Made by a program: the position numbers and the translations under genes. A stretch of DNA of 63,055 nt, filler included, from Nemertoderma westbladi (taxonomy: Eukaryota > Animalia > Xenacoelomorpha), in assembly GCA_032718475.1 (NCBI GenBank). It is 3 parts of 3 records of this genome, joined end to end, with 100 filler letters (N's around TTAATTAATTAA, not from the genome) between each part and the next. Parts side by side here need not be neighbours in the genome. Positions count along the whole stretch, not along the records: positions 30,541 to 52,855 come from JAUCBJ010005715.1; positions 52,956 to 63,055 come from JAUCBJ010004066.1; 1 more part is not named here. One strand, 5' to 3'. Shown one piece after another: positions 49,362-61,441 of the stretch (positions within the stretch are counted from its first letter, which is position 1; each line of letters begins with the position of its first letter). The notes below the pieces were generated by a model. The model worked only from the letters and a program-made list of their open reading frames with translations, was not told the origin of the DNA and made no database searches.

Positions 49362-51518
49362 ATCTTATTGCAGTAGGCAATAAGGTTGCAAAATACCGTA
49401 GTGACTGGTAAAACTGAACCGGTACTTCTGTAGGTCAGTAGGCCTAACTGTCATCACCGGTACCGGTACTGCTGTATCAGTACATTAGTATTATTCGAAT
49501 TTGATTGGTGTATACCGGTAGGTCTTAGTACTTAATCAGGGACTGCAGCCCTGAATTTTTATTGAGATTTTACCTATTTCTGTCGGTTTTATTTCCTAGT
49601 AGGCTAATATTGAGCAGAAGGCGTGTGACCCTGCTCAGATTGTAGGCTGAACTGCTGTCTGACTGTTGTTGAGTTTGGAGAGATTACGGCGTGTGTAGAG
49701 TTTGTCTGATAAAGTGCCGTTAGTAAGTTGGGGCAGCCATATGCGGTAAGGTCAATCCCCTCTTAAAGAATAAGTCGTACTACCGTGTTAGAACGCATAC
49801 TAACTAACAGTTTCAGAGTCTGCATATACTGTAGTTTATTTAGGCTTGATCGTAGTCTGCCAGTGTTTTAGCCTGTGTTTGTTTGTGTGGTCTGTTCAGG
49901 TACCGTAATAGTTATTACTCAAATATTTGTAGGCTGGATTGTTGTCTAGCTATTTTTAGGTCTGAAGGGATTGCTGCGTGTGTAGAGTTGGTCTGATAAA
50001 GTGCCGTTAGTAAGTTGGGGCAGCCATAAGCTGTAAGGTCAATCCCCTCTTAAAGAGTAAGTCGTACTACCGTGTTAGATCGCATACTAACTAACAGTTT
50101 CAGAATCTGCACATACTGTAGTTTGTTTAGGCTTGATAGTAGTTTGCCAGCGTTTGGTTTGTATTTGTTTGAGTATTCTGTACGGGTAGCGTAATATTTA
50201 TTATTCAGAGTTTATGCGATTATTCGCAACATTCATGTCCCCAAGTTTATTCCTACAGTAATTGTGCTTGTTATACATACCGTTATAGTTAAACTAACCC
50301 CGGTACTACATCAGGGCTGCTCGGCGTAGGTAAAGACTGGAGATTTTGTGCTTCGGTCACTCCAGCAGATGCCGTGGTTCTTTTAACTGTTCAAGTATAT
50401 TTAACTACTGATTATTTGTTATACCGGTACTTGTACCTAATTTAGGGTTTAGTGTACAGTGCTTTCCGAAGTAATTAGTGTAGGCAGTATATTTGTGTTG
50501 TAAAGTGGTTGATAGGCACATTCGTTAGCTCTATTAGCTTCTGGGTAGGAACAATCCGTGATACATAACGTAGTACCTATAGCGATACGGTTATAGGTCG
50601 TCAGGCGGTGGTATTTTCCTATCTGGACAGTACAATATATTTACTACTTATTATTTCAAATACCGTAGTACCCTGTCCGTTGTAATAACCAGAATTCTAA
50701 CCCTTTGTTAGGCTGGTTTGTAGACTTCCTGTAAAATTACCCTAAAAATTTCGTACGTAATATTTTGTTGTGTTTAATTAGAGAATTAATCTCATCAGTA
50801 TCGTAAGTAATTTGTAGTATTAAGTAACTTAGGTAAATTAGAATTATCAGTTTTAGTGTCAAATAAATAGCACTTCACTGAGAGGCGTTCAGCTTCTGTG
50901 TAGTGACTCCCCCAGAAATAATAACATTTATTTCAAATATTGACAAAAACCCATATAAACGGGTATATAAATATTATAAATCAAATCAAACGATTTATAA
51001 ATAGTAGGCTTGTCATACAACAACTAGGTCTCACTACCAGTTGGACTACTACTTAAACAACGGTAATAAAGTAAGTTAAAGTAGCTAAGTAACCTTAAAA
51101 TATTCAGGAATTCAATTATTCTAAAAATAATTGACATACCGGTACTCACTATAGGCTTATTATATTTATCTCTATAAATTTGAGCTGAAATCATACCGGT
51201 ACTCTGTAATTAATTCTAGTTCATAATTATACTTATATACTATAAGTGTAAGCTGTATACCGGTATTCACTATAGGCCTACTATATATATATATATATTT
51301 GTGCTAAAATTATATACCGGTACTCTGTGACAAATCTAGTCTGTAATAATACTTATATATATATTATAAGCATACCGTTATTCTAATATATTGTATATAT
51401 ATCACGTTACACTGAGTAACGGTACCGGTAATAAATCGCTAGGCTTGCGGTCATACTGAATTACCAGACTTGCTTTAACTGAAACTATAGTAGTAGATAT
51501 TCAACTGTATAACTAAAC

Positions 51519-52855
51519 ATGTCTGACACTCAGCAAAACCTGTCAGACAGTCTGATCGATACAACTATCTGTGATTCAGATAGGAGTGTGGAGCGAATAA
51601 GAAAGGAGTTCGGCTCACCTCCTACTGCAAAAAGGGTCATCCCTCCAGTAGTATCAGACCCTAGGCTAGTCCACCATAGGTCCATCATAGGCACTCGGGC
51701 ACAGGTAAAACGGGACCAAGAGGCAGTTGTCCTATCGCAGCAACATCTTGGTCAAGAACCTACTTCCCAGCGACCCGATAGCTCCAGCAGTTCGGATACT
51801 GTAGAGTTGACTCCCGAACATGGAGTGCAGATGGCTGATACAGTCTACTCGGACCCCCTTCTTACTCTTCCTGCTGCAGTGCTAACTACTATATTCATTG
51901 CGGTGGAGGAACATCAAGCCGACTGGGCGAAGAATAAGCGAGCGACCCAAGATAATTACGCGGGATACGCCAGGGAAGAATTGATATCTATTGTTGAATC
52001 ACAATGGAACTTTCCCGGACTCGGACTTCCATTGGATCTGTCCGAGGCTACTTGGGAAGATATACACAGGATGGGAGTGGCTAAAGATACAATGGATCCA
52101 GCTGTTTGGAAGAGGTCGGCAGCAGGATATGTGCAGGGATTCTTCGGATCCTTGGATCGATTGGAAGAACAACTGTTTCGACAACCTCACGGACCTCAAG
52201 AGCAGGAAGAGTTACTATATCAAATACGCGAAAGAACCCTACGCATACGACTAATCCTCTCAGCCTTTGAGGAAACTTCCAAAAGAAGACAAGACACGTC
52301 GCTGCAGGTTGCTGTCAAAACTTGGTTACATCGGGTAGATCTCAAAGTCCAGGAAACGGCCCAGTGGAAATCCCAGCTGGCTGAGAGATCAACCTATGAA
52401 GAACCAACTGATGTCACCCTTTCTCAAGCAAAAAGCGAAGAGGCCGCCGAGGAACCGCGAACTAGAGACGCTATCGACATTTATTTGTCCGACTATCAGC
52501 GATTCCTAGGAGACGAAGAGTTGAGGAGACGGCTGTCTGGACTTTCCCCTAATAGTGAAGGAACCAAGCTTGTGTTGGACTCAATCGATGCCGAAATGTT
52601 AGCTGCAAACCAAGCTGAACGTGATGAAAAACTCCGCCTCACTAGAGTCCGAGAAGAACAAATAAAGAAAAGAAGGATAGAGGAACAAAAGGCGGCGGCT
52701 ATGGCAGATGCAGAAGCAGAAAGAAAAGCAGCAAAGGCGGCGGCTATAGCAGATGCAGAAGCAGAAAGAAAAGCAGCAAAGGCGGTGGCTATGGCAGATG
52801 CAGAAGCAGAAAGAAAGGCAGCAAAGGCAGTGGCAGAAGCAGAAAGGAGAGCATC
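51519..52855 (+). CDS. Intact gag-position ORF1 of family-A copy 2 (N-terminal ~445 aa, helical/coiled-coil, EAERKAA repeats), runs into the gap
   Basis: First long ORF after the LTR and 2.17-kb leader. Gag identity is inferred from position only; no zinc knuckle in the visible part. Confidence 0.7.
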
Positions 52856-52955
52856 NNNNNNNNNNNNNNNNNNNNNNNNNNNNNNNNNNNNNNNNNNNNT
52901 TAATTAATTAANNNNNNNNNNNNNNNNNNNNNNNNNNNNNNNNNNNNNNNNNNNN
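52856..52955. other. Artificial contig spacer (N44-TTAATTAATTAA-N44)
   Basis: Identical to 30441-30540. Confidence 0.97.
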
Positions 52956-54099
52956 CCTGCTGACCTGACTGCGTGACCAAAGTACTACTGTACTAGTCTA
53001 GACTTGGCTATGTCAATTGTCAACCAGTCAACGATGGCATTTTTACGTCAAGTGTCAAGGAGCAGCAGACCGGTAGGCCTACTACTTTATTCAGTTATAG
53101 TTCATATGCGTACCTCTGCTGCTCTGGTATTTTCGTATTGCAAAAATAAGACTATAAGTATGAAATACCCTACTGCCCTATGTTATTGAGATATTGTTTA
53201 TTGTTTTGGTTAGAAAAGCCCACCACTGTAACCTGCTCCTTTCCGTTAATTAAGTAATGGAGATTACAGGATTAGTTTATTGTTTTGGTTAGAAAACACC
53301 ACCACTATAACCTGCTTCTTTTGCCAGAGGTACGCATATGAACGATAACCCTTTATTCTGTTATTCTCATTATTGATCTGTTGACAGGTTGATAGCTATG
53401 CCCTTTATCTGTTTATACCGGCTGACCGGTACAAATTTTAACACTAAGCACTACTCTGCTACTGTGTACTGACTGCACTAAAAACAGAAATAGATAGAAA
53501 CAAGATGCTCTGCGAGACAACATGATGGTTTGCATACGGTACCGGTAATGGTTATCGTAAGAAATATAAAATGTATCGTAGTGAACATACCAGCATACTT
53601 CAGTACTTCTGTACTGACAACATATATTAGGCCTACTTACTGACTTACCGGTACAGTATTACTGTGTACTGTATTACCGTAGTACAGTCTGACAGTAGTA
53701 GGCCTACCTAGGTACCTGGGTACTGAGGTACGGCAGAACGGCCAGTCAGATAGTACAGCAGTACAGCTTACAGCAGTAGGCAGGCTTGGCTTCGTTACGC
53801 CATTCAGGCAGCAGGCACTCAACATACTACGGCGGCACTGTCAGACTGTATAATATTACTGCAGTACTGTATTCATTGTACTACAGTACTAATGCAGTAA
53901 TGTACATCCAAAGAACACACAGCCAGCCCAACCAGGCTTCCTTCCTTCTTATGGAGCACAATCCACCCAATAGAAGCAAAGCACAATGCGTCATTCTGTC
54001 ATACATATTAAACACTCCTCCCTCTGTCAGGGTATTAGTATTACTGTACTGTACTGTATTACAATCGTTCATCGTTCATCGTTCAGTTTCGTTGTCAAT

Positions 54100-56538
54100 G
54101 AAACTAGTGTCAGTGCAGAACCAGATACTGAAGTTTATTGCTTCCGGAAAATGAATGTGAATGGTATCAAAACCTATTTAGAAGAAGTTGATTGGTCTGC
54201 TCTTTTTAATAATTGTAATGATGTTCAGTCATGTCTCGATATTTTTAATTCTGAAATATCTTCTGCTTTTGATACCTTTGTGCCAAAATACATTCCTAAT
54301 ACCAAACCGCGCAGGTACCCACTGCATATTAGAAAAGCCCAAGCCAGGAAACGTCGTTATTGGAAACAGCGACATTCTGGACCCGATGGAATGCAAAAGT
54401 TCCGGCAAGAAAACGCCACATGCTCTGAACTCTTGCGTAACTTTCGCCGGAAACAAGAGCATAATATCTTACATAGCGGTGACCGGAATGCATTTTATAA
54501 ACATGTAAATAAGAAACGTAACACTTTTAATTCTGTTGCTCCACTGAAATATAACGGTACTCTAATTTATTCTGAAAATGATAAATGTAAATGTTTATTG
54601 GAGCAGTATTCTTCTGTAGGAGTTTCCGACAATGGTTTATGTCCATCTCTAGATAAGTTAACTGATTGCACCTTTTCTAATATTGAATTTAACACAAATA
54701 AGGTTTTGAAGGCAATGTGTAAATTACAACTTAAATATAGCCACTGTCCTAATGGTGTTCCTGTAGCTGTGCTAAAGATTTTAAGAAATGAACTTGCTAT
54801 GCCACTCGCACACATTTTTAAGTTATCTGTTACGACTGGTCAGGTACCTTCAATGTGGAAATGTGCTGACGTAATACCTTGCTATAAGAAAGGAGACCGT
54901 TCACTGGGTGAAAACTATAGACCTATATCACTTACTTCGTCAGTGTGTAGATTATTCGAACGTTTGTTAGTATCAGAAGTTATTGATTATCTGTGCAATA
55001 ATAAACTACTTTCCCCAGTTCAATACGGTTTTCTTAGTAAACGTAGTGCTGTTTCACAGTTGCTTGATTGTACTAGTAACTGGTCACGTGCAATTAACGA
55101 CCGGTTATTTACAGATATCGTTTATATAGATTATGCGAAAGCGTTTGATACTGTTGTTACTCAGAAATTATTGTCTAAACTACAATGTTTTGGTATTAGC
55201 GGAAATGTTTTGTTATGGTTAACTAATTTCCTTACAAATAGGCAGCAACGAGTAAAATTAGGAAATAGCTATTCATCCTACATGGCAGTTAAATCTGGTG
55301 TACCACAAGGTTCGTGTATCGGGCCACTTATGTTTATTTTATACATAAATGATATACCTGATATATTTTCTTCATATACTAATACCCGTTTGTATGCTGA
55401 TGACACTAAACTTTTTTCCAGTTTCGATTCACCTGGTGATCGATATAGATTACAGGCAGATTTAGACGCCTTTTCTGATTGGTCAGATGTATGGCAACTT
55501 AATGTGGCCAAGCATAAATGTAAAGTTCTTACTGTAGGAAGTTCTAATGTACCAGATGCAATGTATTCAATTAATAACTATGCACTTGAAAATGTGTCAT
55601 CTTTCCGTGATTTAGGAGTAGAAGTTGATAGTAAGTTATATTTTGCAAATCACATTGATTTAATAACTAAAAAGTGCTATAAAGTAATTAATTGTTTATT
55701 TAGGTGTTTTTCTACTAACGACTGTGAAGCTATTTTATTTGCCTATAAAGTGTATGCAAGGCCGATTTTAGAATATGGTAGTGCAATATGGAACCCTTTT
55801 TGTAATTCAAAACCTTTTCTTGGCCTAACAGACAAGCTTGAGTCGGTCCAAAGATATTTTACCCGTAGGTTATTCCACCGGTGCTATTTAGATACTGATG
55901 CTTGTTACCTAAGAAGGCTAAAAATTTTGAAATTACAATCACTAGAACTTAGACGAGTTCATATTGACCTAATTACTGTTTTTAAAATACTCAACGGTTT
56001 TATTTCATTAGAATCTAATAATTTATTTGTAAATGTAAACTCATCTTCAATAAGACTGAGGGGGCACCCTTACAAATTGCAGCAAGGACATTGCAGAACT
56101 GTTGCGGTGCAGAACTCATTTACAAATCGTGTTGTGCCTGTTTGGAACAATCTACCTTACGTTGCAGTGACTGCCCCCTCAGTTGAATTGTTCAAACGCC
56201 ATATTTATGTGTGCGATTTTAATAATTGGATTAAATTTGACCGCAATTTGTAACTATGCCAATTTCTAATTATTTTCTATTTTTCATATCATTAGTTCTA
56301 TCTGAGTTCAACTCTTTTTAGCGACCTACACTTTTATTTTAACATGTAATAATATTTTAGCGTATTTTAATTTCGTTTTTAATCTTATTTTAATATGGTG
56401 CCATAGTATAAGTCGTTTTGTTTTATTCTCTGTTCAACTTTCTCCTGTTTTATTTTATTATGTGCAGTTTTATTTGTACGCTTCTATGACAGCGGTGTCT
56501 CCACCCAAATAATATAATAATAATAATAATAATAATAA
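54100..56538 (+). mobile_element. 5'-truncated CR1-type LINE with an uninterrupted RT-containing ORF2 (to 56253), 3' UTR and (TAA)n tail
   Basis: NYRPISLTS, QYGF, DYAKAFD, GVPQGS, YADDTK, DLGV, RGHPYKL; TAA repeats at ~56512-56538; no APE domain; the 5' boundary is approximate. Confidence 0.93.
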
Positions 56539-56949
56539 CAATCTCATGAATCATCGATATTGATAATGGAAATATTTAAATACAGTACAATGTATGATGG
56601 CTGTGGTTATTTTTGTTGACACAAAGATTGACAGATCAAGATCAGATGTAAACTGCAGATTACATTACGATTACAGGATTGTATACTTGGTCTGATGAGA
56701 CAGACGTCTGCGGGAATAATGTGTGTACTACAACTAACAGTACACGTAGCAATAAGGATATGGGAAGTGTGGTTGTTGGGGGTTGTTGTGTCTGGAACTC
56801 AATGTTCTGCCTCACTGCCCAGGGCAATGCATGGCTGATTTTTTAATCGAAGTGGGGGGGGGGGGGGGGGGTGGTGTCTGCATATTATATTTTGTATTTT
56901 GGCCGTCTTTCAAATTACTGTTATATTTTATTTTTGGCTACTTATTGAT

Positions 56950-56990
56950 TGCACTGAAGACGGTAGTTGTTTTCTTCCGAAACGTTTGCA
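56950..56990 (+). ncRNA. Minimal type I hammerhead-like motif of the Penelope-element type (stem II degenerate)
   Basis: TGCA-CTGAAGA-cGGTAG..CTTCC-GAAA-CGTT-TGCA: stem I, conserved core boxes, palindromic AACGTT stem III. Confidence 0.6.
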
Positions 56991-57147
56991 TTTGACATTT
57001 GTACGTATTATAAATATAATATAATGAAATTAAAAACTTTATCGCTGTTCCTCATCTCTATTTTTCGTTTTTGATTCCCCAACTCTCAGCCCATTACAGA
57101 TTTACCAATTTATTATTGGTGTTATGGTTGAAAGAGTGTTTGCATAT

Positions 57148-57345
57148 TATTATAACTTTTTTGTTTGGTACAGCTTTTGCCAAGTCGGCAATGACGTCAA
57201 GGTGGGATCGATAACTGGGCCATCTTTACCTGAGCCACTATCTGAATGGTTATAGCGTCAGACTTCCAACCCGGGGGTCACCAGTTCGATCCCACCCGGA
57301 CGTCACGGCCGACTTTGCAAAAGGTGCCCAACAAAAAGTTATAAT
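57148..57345. mobile_element. tRNA-derived SINE (57232-57345, +) with an inverted partial copy directly upstream
   Basis: Head with TGAATGGTTATAGCG and GTTCGATCCC boxes; 57148-57215 is the reverse complement of ~57282-57345. Confidence 0.65.
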
Positions 57346-57794
57346 CTCCTAAGTTGTTATTGAAGGTGTACGTAGACATCGGACCAGGATGCCTTTATAC
57401 ACATATCAGCAACTGTAAAGTCATAATAATGTTTTCAATATGACATTTGTTAAAAATATGTCCAAAGTGTGAAAAACTTTAAGATCCTCTGGGATGAAAA
57501 AATATCTGCTTTAAAGTGACCCATTAATACAGTATGATTGTACAGTACTCAAACCAGCTGGCTGACATTCTTGAATGACAGTAGCCAGGTGAATAGTTGT
57601 AAGAAAATAAATGTGAATGTGTGAAAAATGAAATAGAAAATAAAATATGAATTAAAAATATGAAATAATATATGAATAATGAATATATAATATATGTATA
57701 TAATATATATATATATATATAATATATGAATAATATGAATATGAAATAAAAAATGAATGTGTAGAAAATGTGATGTTCCCATCTCGACTAATTA

Positions 57795-57990
57795 TTATAT
57801 CTCGCCCCATCCCAAATGTTAAAATTATAAATTAAATGGAAAGGAACATAGGTTTACAGTGGCGCGTTATCCTAGCCAAAACAATAAACTAAAAATGAAT
57901 AATGTTACAGTTTTTATTTTTGGGAGTAATCGGTTGTCATTTTCGTCGATTTTCCCCTGCAGAATCGATGTATTTTGATTGCGTCGATAG
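57795..57990. mobile_element. Diverged copy of the MITE family at 59076-59356 (opposite orientation)
   Basis: Shared CAAAACAATAAACTAAA, TTACAGTTTT and CGTCGATTTTC blocks; other fragments near 38843-38948 and 53195-53325. Confidence 0.6.
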
Positions 57991-58184
57991 CGAAAGTCAC
58001 TGAAAGCACACCACACCATTTACACTGTAGTAGGTAGTTACACTGTACTTCTACAAGATTAATGTATTATCTCTGTGATTATATTACTTACTTACTACTG
58101 CTGTACTGTTAGTACTTATAGTATACTGCAATACTGCAATAGCCTATCTGCCGTATTGCAATTAGGCGGTAGGCCTACTGAATT

Positions 58185-58652
58185 ATGGATAGGCCTACCG
58201 GTAATGAGGATGATGACATTACCCAACTCGCGAAGGATTACTCCAACTACCTAACATTCGACGTGGACTCAGAGATAGAAACTCTAGAGAACGACACGGA
58301 AGCTGTGCTATCCCGCCTGGATGAATTCCTCAGTGTTGTAGATAAAGTGAGAGGGGATACAACCGACGTACTCAACCTGGTTATACCGCAAGTCGCGGTA
58401 CAAACCGAACAACTCGATAACGCCTTCCGGAAGATCGATAAATTAGAGGAATTATTAGCAATAGTAAAGAGAAAAGTAGACATTGCAGAATCAGAGGTTA
58501 TTAAAGTCGAACAACACAACAATCGATTTAAGAAGGCGCTAAAGACTGCGACGTCTTTTCTTAAGCCGAGGACTCAGCAGTTTGTAGAAGAACCGTTGCA
58601 GGAACCTAGAGTAGAACTGTTCCAAACTAAGGGTTTATTTAGCAAGGAATAA
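58185..58652 (+). CDS. BLOC1S4: Biogenesis of lysosome-related organelles complex 1 subunit 4 (cappuccino), single exon
   Basis: LSRLDEFLSVVDKVRGD, FRKIDKLE, VE..V.K.E and the terminal LFQT..LF match the cappuccino family; ATG to TAA intact. Confidence 0.88.
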   Translation: MDRPTGNEDDDITQLAKDYSNYLTFDVDSEIETLENDTEAVLSRLDEFLSVVDKVRGDTTDVLNLVIPQVAVQTEQLDNAFRKIDKLEELLAIVKRKVDIAESEVIKVEQHNNRFKKALKTATSFLKPRTQQFVEEPLQEPRVELFQTKGLFSKE

Positions 58653-59075
58653 AAAAATTGTACTGTTCGTGTTAGTGGCACTCAATTCCAATGAATTTAT
58701 ATTATTTGTACTATTTTACAGTATTTATGTACAACGGTAAGTGAACCGGTAATTTTTAATTAAATATATTTCTAATTATTACTAAACTATACAATCTCAT
58801 CTAGCTTTCGACGAAGTCTAGCCTCTGCAGCTCTGTTTGTATGTTTTGCCTATACATAACAGCAGCATAGCATACCGGTACTAAGCTGACAAACTCCTTA
58901 TTACTGTATTATTCATGAACAAATTGCCTCCAAGTCAGCAATTCAGGCACCAAAGTGTTTTTCAGCCGGATTTAATATTCCACCCCCTAAAGGGTGTGTG
59001 GACTATAATTATTGTTCGCAATGTGTTTGTAATTATCATAAGACATAGACCTGTTTGTTATCTAGAACCAGATAG

Positions 59076-59298
59076 GGGGGGGGGGGGGGGGGGGGGGGGT
59101 GGGTACTGGACGCAATAAAAATTCATCCCTCTCCACTCCAGGTGAAATTCGACGCAAATAACAGCTGATTATTCTCAAAAATAAAACTGTAACCTGTTCT
59201 ATTGTGTTTAGTTTATTGTTTTGGTTAAAATAACGTGCCACTATAACCAGCTCCTTTCCCTAAATTGAGAATTTAACATTGAGGCGGGTTTTGCGTCC

Positions 59299-59355
<57 letters not shown>

Positions 59356-59356
59356 T
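59076..59356. mobile_element. MITE with poly-G/poly-C termini and TIR ACTGGACGCAA
   Basis: G-run-TACTGGACGCAA ... TTGCGTCCAGT-C-run. Confidence 0.75.
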
Positions 59357-59384
59357 TGTTTCTCTAGAACACAACACCTGAAAC

Positions 59385-59645
59385 GGAACTGTTAATACTA
59401 TCCTTGTACGCTGTATCAAAAAAACATGTGTACATAATTGTTAGGAATTATATAGTAAGGATCAATCGAATGATACCTAAACAGCCCATTTTGGTCAGCC
59501 GATATATTTCAGTCTCCCTTTGTGGGTCATACGCCGCGCTAGTTTGAATTGTATCTGATGTTAACACGTTTGGCAAAATTAAGCAAGATTTCTGTGATAA
59601 TAAAAATTGATGGCGAAAATTATCGAAGTCTTAAAAGCGCGAACA
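59385..59645 (+). mobile_element. Old remnant of a family-A LTR 3' portion (copy 5)
   Basis: GGAACTGTTAATA, GATCAATCGAAT, CAGTCTCCCTT..TGTGGGT and terminal AAAAGCGCGAACA in the same order as the other LTRs. Confidence 0.65.
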
Positions 59646-59936
59646 CCATTCACTCACATTACTAAATATATTCTGGGCACTATTTGCTTTTTGGTCAGTT
59701 GTGGAATGGTTGTTTGCTGATATCGAAATTAAAATGACTCGCTAATTATGTAACCTTTTTTGTAATACAGTATAACAAAGCGGTAATGAATAACGTCATA
59801 CATACAACGCTGTCGAACGGGATGATTGAATATTCTTCTGATTGTTGAACCGCCCATGAACAGTTTTAAAAACACAATATAATGATTACATATTTCTCTA
59901 ATTTAATAATTAACTAACTATTTACAAGTTTAGACT

Positions 59937-60277
59937 GAGTTTACGTGGTGATATTGAGTTTACGGGGTGATATTGAGTTTATGGCAGTATATTGAATTTT
60001 CGGGGTGATCTTGAGTTTATGGCGTTATATTAAGTTTATGGGGTGATATTGAGTTTATGGGGTGATATTGAGTTTACTGGGTGATATTGAGTTTACGGTG
60101 TTATATTAAGTTTACGGGGTGACTGAGTTTACGTGGTGATATTGAGTTTATGGCATTATATTGAATTTTCGGGGTGATCTTGAGTTTATGGCGTTATATT
60201 AAGTTTATGGGGTGATATTGAGTTTATGGGATGATATTGAGTTTATGGGGTGATATTGAGTTCACGGGGTGATACTT
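59937..60277. repeat. 19-bp minisatellite (GAGTTTATGGGGTGATATT), about 18 copies
   Basis: Direct inspection. Confidence 0.93.
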
Positions 60278-60589
60278 ACCCGTATTGTGCTAGCGTTTTT
60301 AATTTTAATCAGTTTAAAAAAAATAATCCCAATTCTGTCTATAACAGAGACTTAACTACAACTGTAAGTATATAGACTGCTCGTCATTCATTATACCTTT
60401 ATTTTTCAGAGAGATTGTTGTTTTTTGTGCATCATACACATTTCTACAGCGATCAAATTTAGAGTTTATTTGAACGAGAGCAAGTTTAAGAGTTTATGAA
60501 GTTTACTCCACTGGGTTATTTTGATAAGAGAAGATATATATAATAATTAATTTCTTAAATAAAAATTCTTAAATCGTAATTATCTTAAA

Positions 60590-61211
60590 CCCTTTGCGTA
60601 ACAGCACTAAAAAAAGGCGGCCTATTGCCGCCTTTTTCATTCTAAATAGTTCAGGACCATGCTTATAAAGGCTGCAGCGTGCTGCCTTTATATTTATTAT
60701 AACTTAACCCCCAGGGTGGCAGAGTGCCGCCATTACATATATTATCCTGGTTAGGGTGCCCCCTTTATTTAAAACCTCTTATAACTTTCTTTATACAGTA
60801 ACTATTGGGCGGAAAACGGAGTTCATATTCGTGTTGGACATAAAAAACTATTCTAGAAAAGTTAATTTAATATGAAGCTTGCAGTACCTTTTGGTGAAGG
60901 TATTTTCTATTAGTTTGAGGGTATTTTAAATTACATAATTTATGCATTTTAATTTCAATTTAGCCAATAATTTTGTTACAACAAAATAAGGCGGCTGTGT
61001 GCCGCCCATGGGGGTTCAAATAACAAATTTAAACAATGTTTAAAGGCGGCGGTGTGCCCCCTATGAGGTTAGGATAAGTAATAATATGGTTATACTCTTT
61101 ATATAAAAATCTCTGGTACGACAAGAAAATAAAACCTTGGTCCGATCAAATATATTTTTATTGGTCCTTGGAAGGAAAAATTTATGTAATTTATTTTTGG
61201 TACGCAAAGGG
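60590..61211. mobile_element. piggyBac-like MITE
   Basis: TIR CCCTTTGCGTA(A/C)CA; TTAA at 61212-61215, TTAAA on the left; internal GGCGGC/GCCGCC repeats. Confidence 0.8.
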
Positions 61212-61239
61212 TTAAATTTCATTTATATGGTTACATACA

Positions 61240-61441
61240 TCCTCAGCCACTTCATTAGGATGGTATCGCAGGCCGGCCCCAAAACGCAACACAGTTAGAG
61301 ATCAGCCATGTATATAGGCCTATATCCTCAATTCATCCGTATTCTACTGTAGTATCAAGACCGGTATCCTTCAGCAGTCGTTTCAGTAATGTCGATGTCT
61401 GACCAACAAGTTTCCTGTCGCCAGTCGGCTGCCATAGAACG
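61240..61441 (-). mobile_element. Diverged RTE-type LINE 3' fragment
   Basis: Minus strand reads VLWQPTGDRKLVGQTSTLLKRLLKDTGL. Confidence 0.7.

Noticed and set aside
53986-54100. N-terminus of the 755-aa ORF as real protein
   Set aside because: Probably a chance open frame in flanking DNA upstream of a 5'-truncated LINE lacking the APE domain.
57795-59356. BLOC1S4 captured by a Pack-type transposon between inverted repeats
   Set aside because: The flanks are differently aged copies of an abundant MITE (also near 38.9 and 53.2 kb) with no shared TSD, and a single-exon BLOC1S4 is not unusual.
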